From NCBI GenBank assembly GCA_028534125.1, contig CM052847.1:22754001-22818000 (forward strand): a DNA stretch of 64,000 nucleotides, read 5' to 3'. The DNA comes from Lama glama (lineage: Eukaryota). Made by a program: the position numbers and the translations under genes. Shown piece after piece: positions 1 through 12,290 of this stretch. Each line of letters starts with the position of its first letter. The stretch's first letter is position 1. Under the pieces are notes generated by a model. It did not search any database. It was not told the DNA's origin and saw only the letters and a list, made by a program, of their open reading frames with translations.

Positions 1-394
1 TGTGCGTTGAGGAGCCGTTGCGTGCGCTGCTAGGCAGTTCTTCGTTTCGCAGAGCTTTCTCCATGAGGTTCTCTTAGGTGGGTCTCCCAGTCACTGAAGG
101 GTTTACAGATGGTCCTCAGCAGTGAGGGGAAGAAGGCAGGAGATGTAAGGGGGAACCTCCGCCAGAGGGGGCTCCTGATCAGGGCCAGGTCCCTGGGGCT
201 GTGGAGTGCAGGCGGCAGGAGAAGATGGGGGATGTTCCAGGAAGGCAGATGAGCTGCCACTGTGTCCTTGCAAGGGGCCAGAATCATGGAGCAGAGGCGG
301 CTCCTGTGGGGACTGGACAGGGCAGAATCGCTCAGACGTTCCTGGGAGGCGGGCTGTTTGCGGAGGGCAGTGGTCAGTGTTTGGGATGACACAC

Positions 395-735
395 TCAGCG
401 AGCCCTCTGGCTTGCACAGGTCAGCACCAGCCTTGTAACGAGCATCCCCAGCAGCCCTCAGACAGCAGACGTTCACTGTCCTGGAGGCTGGACGTCCCAG
501 GTCAGGGAGTTCGCAGGCTGCTTCCTCCCGAGGCCCCTTTCCTGGGTGTAGACACGTCTTCTCCCCATGTCCTCACATGGCCCCCCTGTGTCTGTGTCCT
601 AACCCCCTCTTACAAGCACACCCACCAGTCTCATGGGTTCAGGCCGCCCATGTGCCTCTTCCTAACTTAATCACACCTTTAAAGGCCCTGTCTCCATGTA
701 CATTCTGAGGTCCCGGGGTTGGACCTCCCACCTTT
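395..735 (-). mobile_element. MLT1-type MaLR LTR fragment
   Basis: Reverse of typical MLT1 motifs: cctcacatggc, tctgtgtcctaa, taacttaatcac, taaaggccctgtctcc, cattctgaggtcccgggg. Boundaries approximate. Confidence 0.75.
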
Positions 736-3154
736 GATGCTGGGTTCGATGCACTGCACTCCGTAATCGGGAGTAAAATCAGGGGGTGGAGGAAGAGTGG
801 GGAGCAGAAGGGTGGAGCCTGGACAGAGGAGACCCAGCAGACGTGGGGACGGTGGCAGTGCTGGCGAGAGGCCAGGCATCCAGGGACGAGGGCTCCACAG
901 GACCAGTGACAGGCGTCAAAGCCCAGAAAGAAAAGGGCCCTCCGTGGGGCCTCCAGCCCCCAGCCAGGAGCTTCTCCTGGGGACACTGGGAAGGGAGAGC
1001 CACCGCAGCTCCCCAGCAGGGCTGACTCAGCTTCCTTCCCTGTGCTGCTTCTGTAATGAATAAAATCATGCAATTAATTAATACGCAAAAGCAAAGAGGC
1101 TGATTTCACGGATTTGCCGTTAAATCAGGGAAGACGTGGTCTGTGAGCAACTCCAGGGCTCCCTGTGCAGGACTTTCACTGAGGGACCAGCGTGTCGCTG
1201 CGTCCAGAAGATTCATGACGACCGTGCACCAGGGCCAAAGCGTGTGCTTCGCAGGCGGAAGTGTCCGCAGGAACCTTGGATGTGGCCTCCATCCTCCCCG
1301 CAGAGGCTGGCAGTCAGGCGGATACATAAACACGTAAATGTGTGTCCGTCGGAGCAGAGCAGAGGCCCCGCCGGGAAGCACTGAGCTTTTCTGCGTGTGG
1401 GTTAATGAGGTGTGGCTTCGTCCTCGTCCTGACTGGAGGAGGCACCACAGCGGCAGCATCAGAAGAGAGAGTCCGGCCAAGCTGGGGGCCCTCGTCCTCA
1501 CCGATCAGAGTCTCCCCTGACGTGGGGTAGCGCTGGCAGATTTCCATGACTCGAACAGGCCCTCCTGGCGACTTACCTTCTGCAGCAAAGCTCAGGCCTG
1601 CGTCTTTCTATATTTATTTTTATTTCAGTTGCCAGGAAATTATTCTCTTCAGTTTTTTGGTAGTTTGACTGGTTTCATTTCATTCAGGCAATATGTGTTT
1701 GGGGCAAAAGCCTGAGAGCTCCCAGGAATCATGAGATGCAGTCTCTTCTCAAGAAAAGGGATTGACCCTTCTCGGGCGCCCAGTGCATCCTGTTTTTCCT
1801 AAAGACATCTCGAGCTTTCATCTCACCCAAAGTAAAAGGTTAAATCGGTGCACATTGAGGGGGCGGCAAGAAGGGGCTGCTCACGGCCTTTTTTATCACC
1901 GGCGGTGCCTCTTTTCCACCCTGTTGGGTAATCGTGTCGAGTCTCCCCCAGAAGACCCCGCAGACGATGCTGATTATACTGGTTTGAAATACCTGGTAAT
2001 GCCTGGAATTATACAGTTACCTCAGCTCAGTTAATTTGCCAGGAAAAGTTATACACATGATGATAACAAAATGATTTATTCTGAACGTCCTATTACAGAC
2101 GAAAGTCTAGAACCGCTCATTTACGAAGGAGCTGGTCACTTACAAGCCAGCGCAGTCCTTAAAGTGACACGTAGTAAAGAAAACAGAATTCTTCTACGGG
2201 ACTGGGTTCTGTCGCTTGCATTTGCGTAACGCGCGTTTGTGTGCTGGTGGTTGAGAAGGTGAATGTTCCCAGATGCAAACACTGCTTGCTTTTGGTGAAT
2301 TCTGTAATTGGATGAACTAGAAGTAGGTCTGTATCCATGAAGAAATTGAGAAATTGGCAATCATAAATGACCCAATTCCTTAAAAAAAATAGTAAGTATA
2401 TTAATTTTTAAACATTGACAATCCCAATTGAAAAAGCTTTTCTGATGCTGTGGAAATGTTGGATCCAACACGGTAAATGTTTTCAGAGAATAAAAAGGTT
2501 AATTCCAAACATACTGTTAGCTCTGACCAAAGCTTAAGTTCCCATAAAAGAAGTCAGATTGGTTTTGTCTGTGCGTTATTATTCGATCATTGCTTCTGTT
2601 TTCTTTGTTGTTTTTTTTTTTTCATTTTTATCTACTCAGGTCTGGCTTAGTCCACAGACACACAAGTGATTCAATATTATCAAAATCTGAAGTCGCTGGC
2701 ACCCTAAGCCAGCAAATCTTTATTTCCTAATTATTTTGCTCATCATAATCATTATAAATTAACATTTTAAATTCAGAGAGCGGCTATTATTAAATACATA
2801 TCGAATGATTAAACTTCTTCCAGGTGGCGCTGGATTTGCATCTGGCAAGAACAGGGAAGCATCTGCTCCTTAACAAACCGCCTCCTCCTCACCTGCAGGC
2901 CCTGCTCACAAGCGCCTGCTGACTCCTGGTGCACGTGAGCAGCAGTGAGGCTTCGCGTATAGACAGACTGCACCAGAGAACGCCACGCAGTTCGGGGACA
3001 GCGGAGCGCCTCTCCCCGTGGAGAGGGGAGGAAGCTCCGTAGAACCTGATTCCAGCGCCGGGCATGGCAGGCCAAGCTCTGCAACGTGACTAAGCTCGTT
3101 TAGAACGTCCCCTGTGGCTGGTCGACAGTAAGGTGCCATCCGGGGAAAGAGATG

Positions 3155-5740
3155 TTTTACTTTTTCCTTTCAATCGTGGATGCTTCTTGTTTTTCTAGCC
3201 TGGTTGCTCTGACCAGGACTCCGTACGGGACTCCGTAGCAGTAGCAACAGCAGGCATCCTCGCCTTGCTTCTAACGCAGAGAGGCGCTGCCCTTGCACCC
3301 CGAGTGCGATGTTAGCTGTGGGCTCTTCACGTGTGGCCTTTGTTAGTCAGTGTTGGTTCCTTTCATTCCTAGATTGCCGAGTGCTTTTTATCACGAAAAG
3401 GCTTTGAATTTTGTTAAACAACTATTCTGCGTCAGCTGAAGAGCACATTTGGGCCTTATTCTTACCTGCACTTTGCTGATGGTGCGTATCTTGCCAGTTG
3501 ATTGCCCGTGTTGGTCCGTCCCTGCGTTCCGGTTGGAAGTCCCACCTGGTCGTGGCGTGTTACCCTTTTCTTGTGCTATTGGACTGTGGCCTCCAGTATT
3601 TCGCTGAGAACTTTTGCGTCGATATTCATCGGGGATCTTGGTCTGCAGTTTTCTCACAGTCTTCATCTGGCTTTGGTGTCAGGATGATAATGGCCTCATG
3701 TAAGTTAAGAGAATACTCTCTCCTCAGTTTTTTGAAAGAGTTTGAAAGGGATTTGGTATTATTTCTCTTTAAAATGTTGGTAGAATTCGCCGAGGAAGCC
3801 ATTTGGTCCTGGGCTTCTCTTTGTTGTGAGTTATTTGATGAATGACTTAATCTCCTCACTAATTACAAATCTGCTCAGATTTTCTGTTTCTTCATAATTC
3901 AATCTTGGTAAGTTGCATGCTTCTAGGAATTTTTCCACTGCATATAGATTATCCTATTTGTGTGTAATTGTACCATCTTGTTTATTTCTGTAAAATGTGT
4001 AGCGACATCCCCTTTCTATTTCTGACGCTAGTTATTTCAGTCTTTTTTCCAGACAGTCTAGCTAAAAATGCGTTGATTTTGTTGATTTTTTTTAGAAGAA
4101 GCAAATGTTGGTTTTATTGGCTTTTTCTACAGATTTTGCAGCCTCTGTTTCACCTCTGCTCAAATCCTTATTATTTCTTTCCATCAACTACCTTTGAGTT
4201 CAGTGTGTTCTCCTGTTCTTGTTCCTGAAGGTGTAAAGTTAGGCTGTTGACTTGAGGTCTTTCTGTTTTTTAACGCACATGGTAACAGCTGTCAGTTTCC
4301 CTCCGGGCACCGCTTTCTCAGCGTCCCTACTATTTGTTATGTTGTGTTTTCATCTTCATTTGTCTCAAAATAATTTCTAACTTCCCGTGTGATTTTTCCT
4401 TTCATCCGTTTGTTATTTTAGAGTATGTTGTTCAATTTCTACATATTTTTGGATTTTATAGTTTCCACCTGCTGTGGACTTTTAGTTTCATTCCATTGTG
4501 ATCAAAAAAGGATATTTTGTATGACTTCCGTCTTCTTAGACTTAGTTTGTTTTGTCTCGCACATGGTCACTTTCGGAGGAGGTGCCACGCGTACCTGAGA
4601 AAGCGTGTGCTCTGCTCCTGCTGGGTGGGGTCCGTTAGGTCCTCCTGGCCTGCAGCCCGGCCCTGCCTCCTCACGGATCCTCGTCTGGTTGCTCTGGTGA
4701 TGCCTGGAGACGGGGCCTCGGCGTCTCCTCTGCTGGTGTAGTTCGCTCTCGCTCCCTGCAACCCTGTCGACGTTTTCTCCCTGCGTCCGGAGCTCCGAGG
4801 CTTATTGCACACGTACTTATAATTATTGTATCTTCTTGGTGCGTTGAGCTTTTGTCATTATATAATGTCCTTCTTCATCTCTCACGGCATTTCGACGTAT
4901 TTTGTCGAAGACCAGGCTGGCCACTCCCGAGCTCTGCTGCTTCCCGCTGACGTGGAGTGTCTTCTTCAGTCCTCTCGCTGTCAGCTTAATTTTGTTCTTA
5001 TGTCTAAAGTGAGTCCCTCTGTAGACAACGTTCAGCTGGATACTGTTCTTTTATCCAGTCTGCCGCTCTGTGTCTCCGAGGAGTCTGATCCATTCACATT
5101 TAAAGCGAGAGCTGACAGGGAGGGACTTGGGTCTGTCGTTTTGCTGTTCGCCTCCCGTACGTCTTGCAGGTTCCCCCCTCATTTCCTTCCTTACTGCATT
5201 CCTTTGTGTGCAGTTGATGTTTCCTAGTGACAAGTTTTGATTCCCTTCTCACTTCCTTGTGTGTATGTTTCATACACACTTTCTTCGTGGTTACCGTGGG
5301 AGTGACGTAAAACATCGCAGAGTCATAACAAGGTGTTTTAAACTCACAGCCTGGCTGCAGGGGCACACGGACGCTCTGCTCTTTGATCGCCCTGCCCTCC
5401 GCACTTTGTTATTGGCTATTTATCAGGTCCTCATTAAGGTAGATTAAATTCTGTGAAAGAATGAAAAGTGGAATTTGCAAAGCAGAACTGCACAGCACTG
5501 CATTTACTTCTGTCCACGTGCTTAGTTTCAGTGGAGAACCTCCTGTTTTCATAGCTTCAAGCCACTGCCTTGCATCTTTTTATTTCACCTTGAAGTGCTC
5601 CTTGTAGCATTTATTTCTGGGCAGGTCTGGTGGTAAAGAACTCTCTCGGCTTTGTTTCTCTGGGAATAACTTAATTCCTCCCTCGTTTTTGAAGGACAGT
5701 TTTGCTGGATATAGAATTATCGGTTGGGAGTTGTTCTGGT
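3155..5740 (-). mobile_element. Decayed LINE-1 (L1M-type), ORF2 endonuclease to early RT region
   Basis: The minus-strand ORF 3626..3859 retains HEAIIILTPKPDED, resembling L1 ORF2 YEASIILIPKPDKD. T-rich L1-antisense text throughout, with many frameshifts. Confidence 0.9.
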
Positions 5741-6748
5741 TCAGATGCGACAGAAATCAGTCTTTCCAGACAAGCCACGCTCCTCCTTCACCAGAACCGC
5801 CCTGCTCGCGGCGTGGGGCTCCCTCCTGGGTGAGCGGCGCTTGGCTGCTGTGAGCCCTGACCGGCCTCCTGAGCCACTCCAGTCAGCTTGTTGCAGTTAA
5901 CGCGGAGTTCCTGTGGAATCTGTGGCCCTCTGTCCTCCGGGCTGAGGGCCACGGTCACGCAGAGCAGCGGTGCCCAGCGCGCACCCTGGGCGGACCTGTG
6001 CCAGCGTCACCTGGACGCCCAGAGGTGAAGGTTCTGGGGCCCACCCTGCCCTACTGGACCCGGCTCTCTGGGGAGGTCAGTGGGCCTTCGGGTGACTGTG
6101 AAGCAGGCTGGCTAACTCTGAGCGCCTGTGCCATCAACTTCCGTTTGTTAGAAATTCTCCACGGTGAGGAAAAGAACTAGAAAATACAGAGAGAGAGAAA
6201 GCCAGATTCCCCCCTCAGTTGTTCAGACGTGGGCCCCAGACGTGATCTCTGTGGAAGCACAGGCTGGGGTTCGCGGTGTGTGTCACAGCAGACCAGGGCC
6301 TTCACGGCCGTCATGTCTGTGGAGGTGCTAAGTCATCAGGCCGCCGGAGTTCTGCAGCTGGAAAGTTTCCACCACAGATGAAGGCACACTCTGTTGTCTG
6401 ACAGCCAGAGACGCTGCCTTTGAAGGAGGCCCTTGTCTGCCTGCAGGCCAGGCACCTGCCTCGGACCGCCGGGGACCGGACTCTGCTCTCCCGCTGTCTA
6501 TGAATCCAGGTTTCTTGTTTCATCTTCTTTCCGGGCATCTGTCCTTTAACAAGCAGCTTAGATCATCTGTGACCTCTCTCTGAAAAATACAAAAGCCAGA
6601 GTCATTCTTCTCCATAAGTTTGTAAGCAAAATGCCTCAATTTCCCATCCGTCTCACCTGTGGTACAGAAACGAGGGCTGACTCTGCAGCGAGTCCTCCTG
6701 TAATGACTGCATGTCCCACCGCGCTCTTCATCCACGTCTGCAACCCCC

Positions 6749-7148
6749 TCCCCTGCACACCTGTCCCTTCCACCTGCACACCTGTCCCCTCCCTGTGCAC
6801 ACCTGTCCCTTCCACCTGCACACCTGTCCCTTCTACCTGTGCACCTGTCCCCTCCCTGTGCACACCTGTCCCCCGTGTGCACCTGTCCCCTTCCCTGCAC
6901 ACCTGTCCCCTCCCCATGCATACCTGTCCCTTCCACCTGCACACCTGTCCCCTCCCTGTGCACACCTGTCCCTTCCACCTGCGCACCTGTCCCCTCCCTG
7001 TGCACACCTGTCCCCTGTGTGCACCTGTCCCCTTCCCTGCACACCTGTCCCCTCCCCATGCCTACCTGTCCCTTCCACCTGCACACCTGTCCCTTCCACC
7101 TGCACACCTGTCCCTTCCACCTGTGCACCTGTCCCCTCCCTATGCACA
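6749..7148. repeat. Minisatellite, 19 units of ~21 bp (core CACCTGTCCC) with a 142-bp higher-order repeat
   Basis: CCTGTCCC recurs at 6760, 6781, 6802 ... 7128. The 17+20 bp unit variants recur at 6865-6902 and 7007-7044. Confidence 0.97.
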
Positions 7149-8816
7149 ATCGTGGCTCCCACCCTGCATGTGGATCTGAGAGTCCATGCCGTTTGCACTT
7201 GGACTGTGACCCTCCTGTGGCCTGTGAGCACCTGGTTCCATGGATGTGCATGCCCACTCCTGAGTAAGGCACAGCACACCTGACTGCTTGTCTCCATCCC
7301 TAGAGGATGAATGTCCCTAAACACCCAGTTTTTATGTGATCCATCATCTTTCCCACAAAAAGGGGGGTCTCGTTCACTTACATCACTGGTTTGTCACTTC
7401 ATCAAGTGTCTTATGTAATCTTACCAGGTGTTGCCTAAAGAAAAGTGTCCCATCACAAACTCTTTCCAGGAAATACTCATTAAGTAGAATCACACAGGTT
7501 GGTCCTTTTCTTCACTGCAGGACTTCTCAGAGCCTTTGTTAAGAAACATTGAGACTCTCCAAGAGGTGAGAATATAATCATTTTCCGACTTCATTTGAAC
7601 ACACGTCTTTATCTTTGCTTTCCTAGGACAGTCTGAGGAGGACATGTGGCCGGCACTGTTGGCCCAGCTCGTCCCCTCGCCCCCCGCACCCTCTCCATGA
7701 GGACCGTAGGTTCTGGGCGCACTGTGTCCAGGAGCAGACGAGCTCGAGGCTCAGTAGTGCCCCCCACCCCGGCGGCGCCTCGACCACCAGCCCTCACTTC
7801 CTGTCCACCCAGAAGCAAGGGGGTGAGTCTGTCTCCCAGGCCTGGGGGTCAAGCCCCGGGGGCACGCCCGGCGTCTCTCCTCTGTCCCCTCCCCGTCACC
7901 CCACCGAGCCCAGTGGGGCCTCTGCAGTCGGTCCACCTGCACTCGGATCCTCGTCTCGAATGTGCTTTGTTGGGGGAGTATCTAGGACAGTGGGTTCTCG
8001 TCCAGTCCGTCTGTGATCGACCTCAGTGGGGAAGAGCCGAAGTACCCGGTAAAGGCTGCGTCCCGGAGACGGGCGGCAGCCAGCACGCGGCCAGGACGCG
8101 TCCTGTGAGGCATCACCGGTGGGCCGAGGCCCACGCTCCGTGCAGTCAGCGCACACGGCAGCTGAGAAGGGGCGTCGTTTTGGCTGCGGGAAGCCAGGCA
8201 GATGGAGGCCCCAGTGAGATGCTTCTGGAGCCGGCGAGAGCCGCCTGTATGGGGGGTGGTGATCTAAGAGAAGAGGGTGAACTGTCACCCATTCTTAAGG
8301 GCAGGAAAAAGACGGGCTGATCGCTGAGGATGAAGGCTCTGCACGGGGCGCCCCCCAAGGGAAGAGCGGGGTCCCCTTCACCCCCTGACTCGAGCACTCA
8401 GCACAGAGGTCCCCGAGAGCCCCGTCCGCTTCCACACGGTGTCACCGCCGAGCCCGTCCTGGCTGAGGCCGTCTCAAGGTCAGAGCGACGCGGTCAGAAG
8501 GCAGAGGCCACCCCGTCCCCGCCCTTGGTGGACAACTCACCCAAGTGTTTCTTCTCTGCACGGGAAAGGATGACTTTACTCGAGGTTAATAGTTACAGGT
8601 GAATCTGAACTCAGTGTCTGTAAAGTTCTTGCTTTGGCCGCTGAGCATCTAACAGAAATGAACTTGCCCCTGAGACACTGTCCGTATCCAGGCGGGGGCT
8701 GCTTGGCACGCAGCGCCCAGGGCGGCCGCTCTTTCTCCCTAGTACCTCTCATCTCCGCCGACAGGGGCCTGTTTTACGCATCGGCCGTAGGCTTCTCTCT
8801 GGCCAAGACCTGGCTT

Positions 8817-8870
8817 CTGCCCCAGGAGTCTGAGCTGTGGTTTCTGCCCCGGGAGTCTGAGCTGTGGCTT
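8817..8870. repeat. 27-bp tandem duplication
   Basis: TCTGCCCC(A/G)GGAGTCTGAGCTGTGG(T/C)T twice. Confidence 0.85.
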
Positions 8871-11568
8871 TGCTGGTGCAGGGGGTCGTGGAAGGCGTGA
8901 AGTGAGAAGAAACAGGTCACAGGCGGGCACGGGGGAAGGGGAAGAAACCGATGAGGTAGTGGACTAGTGACTTCTCCTAATGCTTTAGTTTCAGGATGAA
9001 AGGGCAGCTGAGCAGCACGGACGATGAAGGACAGTCACCAGCATCTAAAGGGGCACAGGCTCCACATGCGGCAGACGGGAATGAGAGGCTCGAGGGCTGA
9101 GGGGACGAAGGGCAGGAGGTGGGCAGACGGGCAGGTGGCAGCATGTCATGTGGTGTCACCATCAAGGGAGGGCTGGGGCGTCGGTCAGGGAGGGGACGGT
9201 CAGGGAGGGGACAGCCAGGCCCAGGTGGGGGCTCCAGGGTGGTCAGGAAGCAGGGTGTTCACGCAGCACAGCGTTGCTCCCCGGAAGGTTCCCCTGGATT
9301 AGGGCCCCCATCTTCCTCTTAGTAAAACCCTGGAAACATTGTGATTATGAGTGGCTAACCCGTTCCTGCCGCGTCCCCCGCCGCGTGACCCCAAGCACAT
9401 TCCCCGCTTTCTGGGCTGCAGTTTATCCGCACGGTGGAAATACCACCCCCGCTTCCTGCGTGTCTTTCCCGTTTTTCTCTCCGCTGTTCCTCTGTTTCTG
9501 AGTGAGGCGTGTAGCTCCCCTGGGAGGCTAACGGCTGCTCGCGTGGTGTCCAGTCGTACGGAGAGCACGCAGAAGGGCCATCTGTCCGACACGTCACACA
9601 GTGCCCGCGGCGTGTCGTTTGACACGTTGTACTTCTGTTAGAGCCCCGAGGAAGGGCTGCAGATTCTCGACACAGGAAAGAGGAGTGAAAAGCCGTCCGG
9701 TGAACAGACAGCGTCCAGTCCCGGCCGTCCTCCTCGCTCAGAAGACTGCTTGCCCCACCTGGGAGTGAAAACGGGACCCTAGCTTCCTTAGTGTGTAACC
9801 GTTAGAGGCTCTCTGACGTGAAATGGGAGTCAGGACTGTAACCCTCCCAGCCCCCAGTGACCTCCGAGGTCGGGCCTATTGATCCATGGTCCCGCGTCTT
9901 GTCACCGCCCGCCGGCCATATCCTCAAGCCTGCGTGCCACCGGGGAGCCCGCTGGAAGGTGATCCCTCTCCACCCACCAGGCGGGAGCTCCCGGATTGCG
10001 CGGCTGGTGCGGGGCTGGGGGTCACTGCCCCTCGGGCTTCCTGTGGAAGGACTCTGGGCGGCGAGGATCAGCTCAGCCCCCTTCCCCGGCACGGGGCCAC
10101 GGCCGGGGGTCTCACACTGCCTCCTCCAAGTCCACGGCACCTGCCATTCCACTCTGTCTTGCTCCCGTGTTGACTTTACTTTCCGGGTAAGGCTTTAAGT
10201 TCCACAACAGGTAAAGTACCTAAAATGTGCTTTCCAGATGTTTGGGTGGAGCTGTCGCTCCTGGAGGCCGGCCGACAACTTCCCGGCACCAGCTGGTTCC
10301 AGTCGTGTTTACGATTAAGTGATAAACAATCGACTTTCACATATGTTTCGAATGAAGCCAGGAGCTCGAAGAAACCAAGTGCTACAATTAAATAAGGAGA
10401 AGAATTGTGGAGAATGAAGTAGAACAATTGACAAGTACATAGGCCGAAACCTCAGACAGAGGTACAAGTCAGAGGCTTTGTAAGGAGCATCAGGGGTGGA
10501 AGAAAGTCGAACGCATAAATACGCAAGAAAGCAGCATTTCTCAAGATCTGCCATGAACCCGGCACCGCAGCAGGTGAACCGCGCATGTTAGCATCGGACC
10601 CCAGGAGCAGCATCGGATGGATACGAATGACTACTTTCGTTTTTTAAGCCAAAGCACGAACTCCAGCTCCGGGAGCGGCAGCCGAGCCGGACGTGGGGCC
10701 CTGACCTCTGACCCCACAGCCAGTGCCATCCCCGGGGGCAGGGCACCCCCGCGGCCCCCAGGTGTGCGGGCAGGAGTGCACCCCAACATCTCTGCCCCCG
10801 CGCTCTCATCTGCGCAGAGGGACTGATACTAACAGCAACGGTGTCCACCTCGTGGAGCAGTTGTGAAGATTAAATAAGTTAACGCACGGGGAGTCCTTGG
10901 TCAGTAAGGCCCAGCGGAGACCGGCCGGTGCGGCCCTCACACCGTCGCTGTGTTCTGCGGGCCGTTCGGATGCCGTGCAGAGCCCCTCCCCTGTTCTCAC
11001 AACACTCAGTGGAGACACGAAGGCTCCAAGGGACAAAACGTCTCCCCCAGGGATTCTGTGCGGGAAGTGGACGGGCTGGACACAACCCCCACGTCCAGAC
11101 CCGTTGCCCTTGTCACCCAGTCAGCTCACGGGGCACCTCCCCCAGCGTCTCTCCGTCCGTCTCCATTTCACACGAGACCCGAGTTCTCTGTTTCCTCCTT
11201 GCGAGTTCTGTAAGGAACAGAAACAAGAGAGACGATGCACTATACTAAACTGTTCTGTTTTCTGTGTTTTTATCACGTCCAGCATAATGTTTGGCTGAGC
11301 TCTCATCGATCTTCCAGTTTTATTTCACAAGGACTGAGTGCCTCATTCTCAAGAGGGAGGCTCCATTTTATGAAAACAGCCGCTGTTGGCCGGCCGGCCG
11401 GCGAAGGCATACGTCTGGAATAACGCTGTCATGATTTGCGCCAGCAGAGCAGCTGTCAGATGGAAGTGTTGCTTTTCTTTCTGGTTTTGTCTCTCAGCTC
11501 AGCTCAAGCCTGCGTGGCCCTGCCTGCCAGGCCTGTGGTGGGAGCAGTGGCTGAAACAGGAAACACCG

Positions 11569-11589
11569 ACACACACACACACACACACA
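11569..11589. repeat. (CA)n microsatellite
   Basis: About 10 AC units read directly. Confidence 0.9.
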
Positions 11590-12119
11590 GAGGGGATTTG
11601 AAATCTAAGATCAAAACATGGACCGGCCCAGATGTAGCTGTGGTGACACAGATAGGACACAACCGGGGTGACGTGTGACTGGAGAACGCGAGCAAACCTT
11701 GCCGACTCCAGAGGGAAGCCCCCGGCTCGTTCTCATCCCCCAGGAGGGCTTCAGCGAGCAAAGGGGGGTACCTGCTGGGCCGGGCAGCGAGGAGAAAGGC
11801 TTTTCTGGAAAATGAAACAGCCCAGATGCTATATAATGATGTAATTTAAATTTCATTTGCCTAATATAATATCCCTATGGGGTATTCAGCTTCACATTGA
11901 TGAGAAAGTTATGGAAAGCTCCTATTTCAAGAATTTTTGTGTGAGCATTGCTTAAAATTCAACCTGCCGTTTGTTTGAATTTTGTTTCATTTTTTCAGTG
12001 TTAATGGAGTCGACATGTTAAGTATTCACGCTATTCACTTAGGAATTGACTTACAATGTAGAATCAGGTGAATGATTTCTTGTCACTTCCACAGTATAAA
12101 AAGAGAACTCAGAAGAACA

Positions 12120-12290
12120 GAATTAGTACAAGTTACTTAATTTCTCTAAGCCCAGGTCCTTCATCTGTGTAAAATGCTGAGAGCAAAATGCTGTTGTCAG
12201 CGTCAGTTTGAAAGTTGAAGGAGGCCACCTGCACGAATTACCTAGCACGCCAGCAAATGCTAAGCTCCTTTTCGATTATTGCAACAGTAA
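12120..12290 (+). mobile_element. MIR SINE remnant
   Basis: caagttacttaatttctctaagcccagg...tcatctgt..aaaatg MIR core. Confidence 0.6.

Noticed and set aside
6749-7148. CRISPR-like regular repeat
   Set aside because: Eukaryotic DNA, and the units are head-to-tail with no unique spacers.
6520-7324. Cluster of 120-250 aa ORFs on both strands
   Set aside because: Translations of the stop-free minisatellite.
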